From: Bolinopsis microptera
Taxonomy: Eukaryota
Direction of reading: 5' to 3'
NCBI RefSeq assembly: GCF_026151205.1
Contig: NC_087073.1
Span: 10,266,636 to 10,330,635, forward strand
Length of the DNA: 64,000 nucleotides
Shown piece by piece: positions 12,326 to 23,100 of the stretch (position 1 is the first letter of the stretch; each line of letters starts with the position of its first letter). The position numbers and the translations under genes were made by a program. The notes beneath the pieces were generated by a model, which saw only the letters and a list, made by a program, of their open reading frames with translations, had not been told where the DNA came from and made no database searches.

Positions 12326-12721
12326 GGTCACTGGTCACTGGTCACTGGTCACTGGTCACTGGTCACTGGTCACTGGTCACTGGTCACTGGTCACTGGTCA
12401 CTGGTCACTGGTCACTGGTCACTGGTCACTGGTCACTGGTCACTGGTCACTGGTCACTGGTCACTGGTCACTGGTCACTGGTCACTGGTCACTGGTCACT
12501 GGTCACTGGTCACTGGTCACTGGTCACTGGTCACTGGTCACTGGTCACTGGTCACTGGTCACTGGTCACTGGTCACTGGTCACTGGTCACTGGTCACTGG
12601 TCACTGGTCACTGGTCACTGGTCACTGGTCACTGGTCACTGGTCACTGGTCACTGGTCACTGGTCACTGGTCACTGGTCACTGGTCACTGGTCACTGGTC
12701 ACTGTGCACTGGTCACTGGTC
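12326..12721. repeat. Microsatellite (TGGTCAC)n, about 56 copies
   Basis: A perfect 7-mer tandem array is directly visible. It sits inside a ~120-bp flanking duplication (12140-12300 versus 12850-12960). Confidence 0.95.
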
Positions 12722-13220
12722 AAAGGATCAGGGTGTTGTCAAATCATAGAATTTAATCTATGTTTTATCTAAAACTCGATAAATCAAAATCGGCAAAACA
12801 AACATGTAGCATGTATAATTAAAAATGTATATTCACTCACAGTCCTCAACGTTCAAAACAGGATTTGCTATGACCAAGTTTTCGTCTAAGATTTCTTCTG
12901 TCATGACTCAAATGATAGAATGTAGCCGATTCTCTGTAAAGCAGCAGTTCTTCGTCAACAGGAAAAAACAGAAATTAGAAGAGTAAAATCTTTTGATTTT
13001 TAGTAGTTTAAATTCTGTTTAATATTCATATCCATGGGAAATTTATTTCGTTTATAACTATGTCTATTCCCTCTCAGACGGTTATTTAGTGGTCATGGTA
13101 TTTTGTGGCCGAGCAGTAGCAGTACTGCCAGTACGTTACTTTTGAAGACCCAATGACCACTCATGCTGTCAACCATTATTTTGTATTTTAAACTATCCAT
13201 TTTTCCCAGCTACCCGCTAC

Positions 13221-13437
13221 GCAGCTCTTCGCGCTTTATTCAGTGGGCATGGTAAATATTTGAGGCTGATTGTTCCTGTAAATAAAAAACTTTAGGAAAA
13301 TATGACTGATGCACTCCTTGGGCAGGAGATCTTCGCGCTTTATTCAGTGGGCATGGTAAATATTTGAGGCTGATTGTTCCTGTAAATAAAAAACTTTAGG
13401 AAAATATGACTGATGCACTCCTTGGGCAGGAGATAGT
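13221..13437. repeat. Tandem duplication, 2 copies of ~108 bp. A 33-bp Lys-codon-rich tandem array follows at 13440-13560.
   Basis: cttcgcgctttattcagtgggcatggtaaatatttgaggctgattgttcctgtaaataaaaaactttaggaaaatatgactgatgcactccttgggcaggagat occurs twice in tandem. Confidence 0.7.
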
Positions 13438-14429
13438 CTTTTTTAAAAAAAGGGGGCTCCGGCAAGAAACGTGAAGCTAAAAAAAGGGGGCTTAGACAAG
13501 AAACGTGAAGCTAAAAAAAGGGGCTCAGATAAGAAAAAGGATGACAAAAATAGGGGCTCAGATAAAGAAAATAAAGTTACAAATAGGGCTTCAGATAAGG
13601 AAAATGAAGGAAGAAAAGCCAAGTTTGATAAATGTGAGAAATTCAATGAAGTTGTATCTGCGACAAACTCGGTTTTGGTTACAGCTAGTTGTGAGTTGTG
13701 ACTTGAGTGAAGTGCCCTCCTGGTCTAACGCGTACGGACTACTGGTATTTTATTTTTGTTTAATTTATAAATTTAAACTTAAGGAGCTCAACAGCGACAA
13801 ATTAATACAATAAATTGTTATTAGACAATAAACTATCGCACAGATTATATTCAACGATTATTCAACGATTAAACTCCCAGTAAATTATCTGAACAGGTTT
13901 TATGCAGAATATGCACGGAAACATAGTGATCGCTTTCAATTAGAGAAAAGAAGCTGCATCGCTTGTTTATGCTTAGAATTATAATAGTTGTACGTTTTTT
14001 CAGGAAATTGAAAGCTTGTACTGTGGGGAAGAAGAAACAATTACATAAACAGTGAACGAGAGTAAAGCTGTAAAAAGACTACAAAGTTCAGCACCTCCCC
14101 CAGACGTTCTTACTAAACAGGTATCCTCATTTCTTAATCCACTGCTCACTGTTCAGTAGTTATAGCCTCTACTTCCCACTACCATTCTAAGTAAACCTAA
14201 GTAAACCACAATTTCCCTGCTCAACAGTCTATAACCCCCCACTTTACTAATCGAACAAGTACGTCCGCAATTAAATGAGGGTATTAATTTGTCCATTTGT
14301 TGGCGAAATTAGGTAACTTGCATCCCGCTGCTGGCTTCTTTCTAGTTTCAACGAAGACAGAACCCGGTTCGCAAATAAGTGTCCATGTCCCTAGAGGCTA
14401 GAACCCTATCACTTTTTCTAAAATATGTA

Positions 14430-14640
14430 AATAGTTATAATCTTGCTAAGTTGGTAAGTCCGCCTGCTTCTTATTCGCGAGGTACCAGGTTCGATTCCCA
14501 GCTGAACTACCGGCCATGGGGTGAGCGTCGTTGAGCTAAGGATTCTGAGTGATTTATGCAGCCCCCCGGTCCACTCAGCCGATTGCTCGAGAAATCGGGT
14601 GTGAGGGTTAAATGAGGAGCTGCCCATTGCAGTGAAGTCT
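14430..14640 (+). mobile_element. tRNA-related SINE-like sequence, or a tRNA pseudogene
   Basis: Perfect Pol III B-box GGTTCGATTCC at 14488-14498 and an A-box-like TAAGTTGGTAAG about 40 nt upstream. The context ...GCGAGGTACCAGGTTCGATTCCCAGC resembles tRNA-derived SINE heads. It does not fold into a clean cloverleaf. Confidence 0.3.
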
Positions 14641-14689
14641 CGGGCGAAGTATGGTACACACTACCTTAACCGTTACTGGCCTAATTAAT

Positions 14690-15450
14690 TTTGATCATAG
14701 TTCTAAAATGCGTCAAAAAGCGCTTGTAATCGTTTATAATCGCTTATTAGCGACAGTTAAATACGATAACATTTATGATACTTTATAATCATTTATAATC
14801 GCTTATAATATAGATCTCGTAATAAGTTTTCTTGACAATTTATTCCTCGTTTCAAATAGTTAAAAACCGCTTATAATCGTTTATAATCGCTTATAGACAG
14901 CAAATAAATAAGCGCTTATAAACTCTTTTCAGTAGGAAACTTTCAAGAAAAGCGTTTATAAGCGCTGATCATAGTGAAAATATCGCTAATTATTATCAGA
15001 TTTCGAAAAATCGGTTATTGTCGCTTATAATCGTTTTATAATCGATTTAAACCTCTTATTGGCTTAAAATAAAAAAGCGTTTTTTAACCGATTAGTAGGC
15101 GCTTTTTAATTTGTAACTTTCCCTAGTGAATATAATCGCTTATAGTCGATTAAAAACGGTTTAAAAACGGTCCAAAAAACGATTTATAAGCGTTTTTTTG
15201 AAAAGCGCTTACGGAGCGATTATAATCGCCAACCCTAAAATAAAAGCCATTTTTATTTACTAATATTTTTAATACTACACTTATTTTTGCTTTTAAAGCG
15301 CTTATAGTTATAGTCGCTTTTGCAAAAACATCGTTTATAATCGGGACCGTCTATTGGCATAAAATAATCGCCAATAAACGGTCGGTTTTCGAAATAAGCG
15401 TTTTTTTAGCGTTATTGTCAAAAATCATTTGTGGAAACTTGCTTATAGTT
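14690..15450. repeat. Low-complexity dispersed or tandem repeat region built from CGCTTATAATCG / AAGCGCTT motifs
   Basis: Dozens of copies of gcttataatcg(c/t)ttat and the palindrome aagcgctt. Confidence 0.5.
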
Positions 15451-15635
15451 ATAAATTACATTACACCGCGTAAACAAAATCACGGACCATATAATATTTT
15501 GTGGTATCTTATCAGTTAAAGTTAGGACGGCTAAAACGTGCAAACGACCGTTTTGTTCATAGTTTTAGCCGCTTATATTTTTGCTGATCAACAATGTCTC
15601 TCGAACGGAGTTTAAACTTCGCAGTGCTCGTTGTT

Positions 15636-15844
15636 TTAGCTGACAGAATGATGGGATGAAGACTCGGCTGAGATTAACTTTATTTGCTTATCTGCGTCCC
15701 CTTGGCCAGGGACATTGGTATTCCTGCATGAGAATATTCTTCGGAGCAACTTCCGTGCAGCAAATAATGTTATGAGAACTGTTGTAAGGAAGAAAAAACC
15801 AGCTAGGATCCACGGAACCAACGGAGCGGATTTGTTTCCTGAAA
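15636..15844 (-). CDS. Terminal exon encoding a transmembrane helix plus a short cytoplasmic tail, from a type-I membrane protein
   Basis: Minus-sense acceptor tgtttcag, then ...NKSAPLVPWILAGFFFLTTVLITLFAARKLLRRIFSCRN...HHSVS and a stop at 15636. Confidence 0.45.
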
Positions 15845-16131
15845 CATTGGATTTTTTCTATAAATATCCATGCTAAAAACTAAAGCTTTTTAGGACGTTG
15901 CCCATTGTATTGAAAAAAGCCTGAAACAGGTACAACTCTGAACCAATTACTTTTAGGTCAAATTTCAGTATTAAACGAATTTAATGTTAAGATATATGCA
16001 CATAAAGATTCGAACCAATTATATCCCGAAATATTAAGATACTACACAATCGAACTTGGGAACATCTTTAAACTCTTAACTCAATAAACATCTGTACCAC
16101 TAAATAACCTGTAGAATCTAAGTTGCTGACA

Positions 16132-16291
16132 GGAGCACCACATTCAGTCCTCTCAGAGTTAGCTACCTCTCCAACATGACACGGGGTACAGGAAGTAGCA
16201 CCTTCGTAACTAATAGTGTCTCCCTCGCACTGGTTACAGGTGGTCTTGTTAGGAGACCTGTAGGTTCCTGCTGCACAGGCATCTGAAATAA
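16132..16291 (-). CDS. Cys-rich extracellular exon, TNFR/ephrin-receptor-like (GCC2/GCC3-type). Probably the same minus-strand gene as 15636-15844.
   Basis: Minus-sense acceptor ttatttcag, then ACAAGTYRSPNKTTCNQCEGDTISYEGATSCTPCHVGEVANSERTECG. The spacing is C..C..G.Y...C..C and the exon is phase-1 symmetric. Confidence 0.45.
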
Positions 16292-16356
16292 GGTTTATAA
16301 TTGCTACTGTAACGTACATATCTATCAGCTTCTATTGTCTATAATATATATTATCT

Positions 16357-16463
16357 TACCTGGGGACCCCAGGCTATAATGTTCATAAACATTATAGAAT
16401 AGAATATCGAATAGAGATTCGAATAGAGATTCGGCGGAATGACAGGCTGAGCGCCGCCCAGTA
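16357..16463. mobile_element. Short MITE, TACCTGGGGAC...CCGCCCAGTA family, copy 3
   Basis: TACCTGGGGACCCCAGGCTATAATGTTCATAAAC...CGGCGGAATGACAGGCTGAGCGCCGCCCAGTA. Lies in an intron of the minus-strand membrane gene. Confidence 0.4.
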
Positions 16464-17346
16464 AATATTATCTCGAGAGTCGTTCAAGATTGCTAATAAA
16501 CACAAGGGTCTGTTTTCAGACACAGTCACGGATAAGTAAATTTTTTGCGAAGCCACATGCCCTTTACGTGATTCTCTTTTTTGATCCCCTGCCTTCAAGT
16601 TCAAGTGTGTCAACAAAGGTGAAAATCGTAGGAGAATACCCTTTCCAGTGTATAACTCTTACCCAGGTATTAAATAGAGCGAGCTTCTAAACGTGTGGCT
16701 CTTCTATTTTCTATTTACTAATTACGATTTTCTAATTACGAGAGCCACACGTTTAGAGGTCGATTAAGTGAATCTCACACTCCGGTGATCTGGTTTCATT
16801 GTTCTGAGAGAATCCTCGAGACAGTATTAAAAGATCGTTGCCATTGGTCAATCCTCGAGTCTTGGCCATGGGATTGGTTGACCCGTTATCAGCAACAGCA
16901 AACTAAATATAGAGCAGCCTGGAGATTATAGCGGACCCAGTTTGCTTTTTCAGTTCTCTTAGTTTGCTGCATTAGTTTCTCTGTAACCACTTTAGATTTG
17001 CATCTTTCCTCAAGTTTGTGACATAGAGCTCACTTATTGAGTTGTTGGTAGCAAGAACTCGCTAGCTCTCAACCCAGAAATTTTTTTCGCTGATAAGCAT
17101 TTCATTCAAAACTCTTCTATTTGCTTATCTTACCTAAATTTATTTGGTCGAACATTACTGGCCAGGTTCAGGGCCATAAATATAATTATGTCAGCTATTT
17201 TAATATCAACCCAAATTAGGTTCAAGTGTCGGCTACCATGTATGTTCGAAGAAATCTTGTGTAATCCTTTGTATTCTACTAAATCAAGTTATGAAATAAA
17301 ATATAAACCTATTACAGCAGAAATATTGAATTAAATGGTTTGACAG

Positions 17347-17499
17347 ATGATGATTTGTCAACACCTTGTAAGAGAAAAACACCGTGGCCCGAAGAAACGG
17401 AGCAACACGTCTAGAGAAAGTATTCACTCCATTGGGATCCTGACGATTCTATTCCTGACTACATTCCTTGTAGGACCCGCAAACGCAGGGGAAGGTAGG
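17347..17499 (+). CDS. Candidate first exon (hydrophobic signal/anchor) of the + strand paralog of the secreted-protein pair
   Basis: ...SIGILTILFLTTFLVGPANAGE then donor G|GTAGGA in phase 1. This matches the phase-1 acceptor at 18661 and parallels ...STADDE-G|GW in the minus paralog. The true start codon is uncertain. Confidence 0.3.
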
Positions 17500-17566
17500 A
17501 ACTTGTTTTATGATCCATTTAGACTTGTTTAAGTGATCACGTGATGCTTCGATTAATGGTAATTGG

Positions 17567-17680
17567 TAGGATAAGTGTTATGGTTAGAGTTAGGTTTGTG
17601 GTTTGCTTTGAGGTTAAGGTTGGGGTAAATGGGTTAATATACCAGTTCCGAAGCAAAAGGTTCTGGACAGGACGTCGTGC
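17567..17680. repeat. Left copy of a ~115-bp direct repeat flanking an intronic minisatellite. Related to the T-MITE internal region.
   Basis: taggataagtgttatggttagagttaggtttgtggtttgctttgaggttaaggttggggtaaatgggttaatataccagttccgaagcaaaaggttctggacaggacgtcgtg. Repeated at 18376-18490. A TCACGTGA palindrome sits just upstream at 17538. Confidence 0.7.
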
Positions 17681-17740
17681 CAACCCTTGGTGCGTCGTGT
17701 CGTAGAGCTAATCGTCGATTACAACAGACCGAGCAACTGC

Positions 17741-18095
17741 AATGTGCTGCATTGTGCTGCATTGTGCTGCATTGTGCTGCATTATGATTCATTGTGCTCT
17801 TTGTGATTCATGGTGCTGCATTGTGATGCATTGTGATTCATTGTGATTCATTATGATTCATTGTGCTCTTTGTGATTCATGGTGCTGCATTGTGATGCAT
17901 TGTGATTCATTGTGATTCATTATGATTCATTGTGATTCATTATGATTCATTGTGCTCTTTGTGATTCATGGTGCTGCATTGTGATGCATTGTGATTCATT
18001 GTGCTGCATTGTGCTGCATTGTGCTGCAATGTGCAGCAATGTGCTGCAATGTGCTGCAATGTGCTGCAATGTGCTGCATTGTGGTGCCACTGCAT
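17741..18095. repeat. Minisatellite, 10-bp unit CATTGTGCTG with variants (CATTGTGATT, CATTATGATT)
   Basis: About 35 tandem 10-mers are directly visible. The antisense and sense poly-HCAA / CNVL ORFs (17940-18230) are artefacts of this array. Confidence 0.9.
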
Positions 18096-18375
18096 GCGCC
18101 AGGACATTGAGCTACTATCCCGGACACAGAAACAAACACTGCTATGTCTACTGTAGAGCACACCTTTTTGTAGTAGTAATAGAGTAAAAGGTAGCACACT
18201 TATTGGCCACTTATGGCAGCAAGGGGCCATGTTAACTCGGTAACATGTTCATTGTGTAAAAATATAAATATTGCTCTGCTCGCCGAGATTAGGCAATATC
18301 TAATCATCTGATTAAGATAACATCATGTGACAAAGATAGCCTAGAAGATGAGACGATTAACCTAACCAATAAGAG

Positions 18376-18490
18376 TTAGGATAAGTGTTATGGTTAGAGT
18401 TAGGTTTGTGGTTTGTTTTGAAGTTAAGGTTGGGGTAAATGGGTTAATATACCAGTCCCGAGGCAAAAGGTTCTGGACAGGACGTCGTGG
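18376..18490. repeat. Right copy of the ~115-bp direct repeat
   Basis: Near-identical to 17567-17680. Confidence 0.7.
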
Positions 18491-18660
18491 ACACTATTTA
18501 TTTGTTCACGAAGTAATGTACTTTCATAATATTACAAAGTTAGCTTCACCGTGCCATTTAATAGGGTAACAATAAACAAATAGTTCAACAATATACTAAA
18601 CTTCAAATGAAGGAGTCATATAAAACAACCAATTTGCAGACTGTACTGTATATTTTTCAG

Positions 18661-18773
18661 GCTGGAAAGGAATTAACCATGGAACGAAGTATATATTCGA
18701 CCTTGAGGGCACTCCATTAGAGATAAAGACAAACTCGGAGAATAGATTTGACGTCCGGTCTTACACAACCGGG
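18661..18773 (+). CDS. Exon 2 of the + strand secreted-protein paralog
   Basis: Acceptor tatttttcag, then (G)WKGINHGTKYIFDLEGTPLEIKTNSENRFDVRSYTTG and donor GGG|GTAATG. Homologous to minus exon 24670-24915 (TPLEIRTNSE). Confidence 0.55.
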
Positions 18774-18892
18774 GTAATGGCGCTTATTTGCGAAGTTTCT
18801 TAAAGATTGTAATCGGTAAATTTATATGGTATGAGTACGGTGGCCATTTCATCAGAAATAATCTTCAATCTATAAAGTTCGTCAATTTTCAG

Positions 18893-19225
18893 GGTTCTGA
18901 GATAGGAACTCTGAAGATACACACGAATAGCAAGCAGTACTACATTGCTAAATGCAGCGACGGTGGCAGATCAGGTCGAGGAAGCTACAGTGGTGCAAGT
19001 GGTAAAAATGGTATTTGGAAAATCTCCAAAACATCGGGTGACTATCCCAGGCTAGTTGCTTCCTTCAATGATATTGATAACGAAACGATCAACATCAGAA
19101 TGTCCGACTCAACATGCAAATATAGCAATTGGAGAGACTATTGGAGAATGGACGTAGAGATAATCTCGTTCGATGACGAAGCCGCAACTCAATATAGAAT
19201 GGGTAAACAAGATATAAAGATATAA
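18893..19225 (+). CDS. Exon 3 (terminal) of the + strand paralog
   Basis: Acceptor tcaattttcag, then GSEIGTLKIHTNSKQYYIAKCSDGG...IWKISKTSGDYPRLVASFNDIDNETINIRMSDSTCKYSNWRDYWRMDVEIISFDDEAATQYRMGKQDIKI and a stop. Homologous to minus exon 24287-24542 (VWRITLVKTSS...DVTEIEFEVYDTASDFYR). Confidence 0.6.
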   Translation, partial: GSEIGTLKIHTNSKQYYIAKCSDGGRSGRGSYSGASGKNGIWKISKTSGDYPRLVASFNDIDNETINIRMSDSTCKYSNWRDYWRMDVEIISFDDEAATQYRMGKQDIKI

Positions 19226-19319
19226 TAAAAAGCACTTATAGTTGAGAACCCAGTCAATGAATAATGATAAAGTGAAATTAAATTGTACAAATATCCCACT
19301 TGTAACTGGACACGTTTTA

Positions 19320-19508
19320 CAGAAGGTTGCCATACAACTCCAAGTTCATGGTCGTTAACTAAAGTGTCTCCCCAACTACCTGTACTCAGAGACACAGAGC
19401 TAACAGTAACGTGTACCGACCCTGCAACTTTCAACGAAGGAAGCAGCCAAGTTACCTGCACTTACGAAAGCACTTACTCATTTTCTGGAAATGTGCCCAA
19501 ATGCAAGT
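19320..19508 (+). CDS. Sushi/CCP (complement control protein) domain exon, phase 1-1. Gene assignment unclear.
   Basis: (E)GCHTTPSSWSLTKVSPQLPVLRDTELTVTCTDPATFNEGSSQVTCTYESTYSFSGNVPKCKL(G). Spacing C...C..G....C...W.....C. Acceptor ttttacag and donor TTAG|GTGAGG. Confidence 0.5.
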
Positions 19509-19730
19509 TAGGTGAGGTGTTTAAATCAATATGCTTATATCATGGATTGAATATCTACAGCTTGCTTTAGGTAACAGTAGCTTGCTGATTGTGTTTAAAA
19601 CCTCTCTTTGCTAGATTGGCAAAAATCAAAACCATTGACGGATGATACGTGTCTACATTTTTTCGGACAAAGCGCTGCGAAGTAGTGCACGCCGGGTCAG
19701 TCCATGCCATTAACGATGAACAAACTGCAA

Positions 19731-19942
19731 ATCATTACATTAACAATCGTAGGCTGCACGGAACAGAATCCTAGCTGGAAAGGTATCCAATCGACGAAGA
19801 GTTTTCCGGTGGTACAAGGAACTATTATTCAAATGACATGTTCTGATTCGGCAGCTTTAAAAAGAGGGAGCGACACAATGACCTGCTTTTCAGGAACAGA
19901 TTTCACTTCTTCTATTCCCGAACCAAGTTGTTCAACACCAGG
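19731..19942 (+). CDS. Second Sushi/CCP domain exon, phase 1-1
   Basis: (G)CTEQNPSWKGIQSTKSFPVVQGTIIQMTCSDSAALKRGSDTMTCFSGTDFTSSIPEPSCSTP. Acceptor atcgtag and donor CAG|GTTAAT. Confidence 0.5.
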
Positions 19943-20185
19943 TTAATTAAGGCCAGATTACAGGCCAAAGCAAGGTCTTACTAACGAGGCACTGATCCAA
20001 CCATGATGCATCCGACAGCGCGCGTACAATTAACAAACATGTAGCTGCAGCCTAACAGTAACAGCAACTCTGGCCGAAACGTAACTTTATTCTGAGTTAT
20101 GTAACTGCATTTATCGTCTCGACGATATAAATAAAGCAGTTTTTGTCGATTAGTCGTACAATTGAAAATTCCAACGATGTATCCT

Positions 20186-23100
20186 ATCAATTTGGTTTGG
20201 ACACATAGTAAGACAGCACAAATATAGGTGAATTCTTCGTATATTTACATCTCTAGCCTATAAAAATAAAATTAGGTTAGACTAATGAAAGCAATTTAAA
20301 AGTTAACAACTTGAAAATTCAAAACAGATTTTAATCTGAAACTTTACTAAAGAGCTCAATGTGCTAGGTAGAATGGACAACAGAGCATAACAGATTATTC
20401 AGCGAGTAACTACAATCCTATTTAACCCAAAAATATTAGTTCTAAATTTTGAAATAAGAATGCTCTCTTCTCTATCAAGTTCTGTTGGTCGGACTTTTCT
20501 TACTACACCTAATTTAAAAACTCCCATAGTGAAATCAGATTTATGCGCTAGAAAACAATGCATGGAAAGTGCCGACTTCTCAAATGACAATTCATTATCA
20601 ATTTTAAACTTGTTTCTGTGTCCATTCATTCTGATATGAAATGGAGAAACCGTTTGGCCGAAATAGGTATCGTCTTTTAGGCTCTGGGGAAGTTTATTAC
20701 AAATTTGGCATTGGGCGACATAAATTATATTGCTGTCCTTACATGTCAACCGGAAATCCAGAGTTAAATCCAAACCATTGACAGTGATAACTTCGTTGGA
20801 GTTGAACAGTTGGGGACAGGTTGCACAGCCTCTCCCCCCACAGTTTTGGCTTACGGTGAAAGAATCCGTTTCGGAGCACGAACTGAGTTTTCTATTGCGC
20901 ACTACTGTGTTGCCTATAGATGGCTGTTTACGTAGTGCAAACAATATCTGTACGTCTCCGCATAATTGTTTGATGTCCTCACTAGTAGAGTGTACCAACT
21001 TCCTAAGTTCAGTGACCTCTTTGAAAAATTTCACTGAAAAGACAACTTTGTCAGTGATTGGCTTCTTTTCTTCCCTCTCATACAAATCGTGTTCTATTGA
21101 CCTCAAGACTGCTTCAGGCTCTGTTTCCGTTAAGGTCCCCTCCTTGTGTCCACTTTTCATTAGGTCTTCTTTAAGTTCCTCCAGGTCCTCCACACAGGTG
21201 TGATCCTGCGAATTTCGCTTGATCACTCGGATCATCTGTGAGAATACTACTGATTTAAAGACGTGGTTTGGGTGGAAACTATCAGTATTAAGGTAAAGCC
21301 TGGCATCAGTCTCTTTCTTAAATAGTCTGTAGTCGATGTTGTTGTTCTCCCCCAGGGAGAGTTCTACATCCAAGTAGTTAACTGATTTGCCAAACTGACA
21401 ATCACCGAACTGAATTCCAAATCGTTTTGCGGCTTCATTTAGTTTCGACACAAAAAGATCAAATTGCCTCCTGGAGCCCTTCCAAATTCCAAAGACATCG
21501 TCGATGAAGCGTCGCCAGAATAAAATAAGACTCCATAGCTGTATCATTTCAGGCCAGATGTTGATGAATAGCACCCAATGAAGCATGATATCAGCGACTT
21601 GACGCGAAATACAATTTCCAGTTGGGATACCCTTTTTGCCTGTGTACACATTTTCTTGAAAAGTGACAAAGGAGTTTGTGAAGATAGTCTCCGTGAATGT
21701 TTTCAGAATAGCCTTTCGTTTATCAATCATAGTACTACCGTTCAGGGCATGTTCCAATGCAGACATAGCTATTTCAGGTTTTATGCTTGGATACAGACTG
21801 ATCACGTCTAAAGTAAACAAGTTGATGGTGCTATATTTTGACATGTCTGCAGATTCATTAAGGTTTTTTATGTTACTGAGAAGGTCTGGTGTATCCAGGA
21901 GAAACTCCTGTTGGCAATAAATCCTACTTACATCTGTTAGGTATGGGCTAACCCACTTTTCTAGCCTGTAAAGGGGGCCTTCCTTAGTGGCATGGACAAG
22001 CCTGGTAGGGGGAACTATTTTCCCCTCAATCTGTTGTGGACTTAATTTATGCAGCTTAAATAAAGGGTACACATAAGGGACTACTGGTTTGAATACATGT
22101 GCATGCATTTGGTTATTATTTTCATTAAGTCCAGTAATGAGTTTCTTGTCTTTTTCTGTGATTTTCCCCTCTGATAAAGCCAGAAGAACTGCATCCTTAA
22201 CATTATTCTTCACATCTGTCATTTTCTCTTCAACTGACATTTGGGAATGAGCAAAGTTATCTCTGTCTCCTAAGTTCCTTTGAACACATTCCACAGCTTC
22301 CTTATAGTCAAGAATCAAGGTCGATCCTCCTTTGTCAGCTTTGGTGACAAAGATGTTCTCATCTTCTATATTTTTCAAAATCCATCTCTTCCCTCTCCTC
22401 TCTGCTGGTGTCAGGTTAGACTTCGGGTCAGCAGGCATGAAGCTGTTTACGAAACCCATCAGTTTTGTTTTTATTTCATCAAAGAGCGGGTTGCTGTACT
22501 CAGGATGCCTTCTTGAAGGTATCCTTAAGCCAGGATGTTCGTCTTCGTTGAAACTATTGTTCTCAGTTGGGTTATCATGAAAGAACGCCGTCCATGAAAC
22601 TTTACGTAAGAACTCTTTGGTGTCATACTGAAGGTCTTCCTTACTTGCCTTTTTACTTTCCACAAAGTTCAAGCCTTTGGCCAGATACAAAAATGCTATA
22701 TCGGGGACTTCTACATGGGACAGATTTCTCACAACTGTGGACGATATCTCCTTGACTCTCTGTTCCAACCATAACTTTTTCCGGTTCTGCTTGTTTTTCT
22801 GGTAGCGTTTGCGCCCGGCCTTCTTCTTTTCGGCAGATGCTTTTCTCCACTTCTTGCGTTTGGAATTTGAAGAAGGAGGGTTGGCTTCTGTTCCCTGTTT
22901 GTTGAGATGAAACTGAATTTTCTTTTGGTGGGTTTTCCTGATGCGCTCACGAACCTTTTCAGCCTTGTTTTGAAGGGATTGCAAAGTTGGTCCGGAATCT
23001 TCAACAAGTTTAAGCAGTTTGCTAAACTGTTGGCCCAGCTTAACAATATCTCGATTAGCCTCGACAACTGAACACTCCTTGAGAATGCGTAATCTTGCAT

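Noticed and set aside
12315-12749. 144-aa ORF encoding a (VTGHWSL)n protein
   Set aside because: An artefact of the (TGGTCAC)n microsatellite being open in that frame.
14433-14505. A bona fide tRNA gene
   Set aside because: Despite a perfect B-box, the acceptor, anticodon and T stems cannot be paired into a cloverleaf. It is reported only as a SINE-like or tRNA pseudogene.
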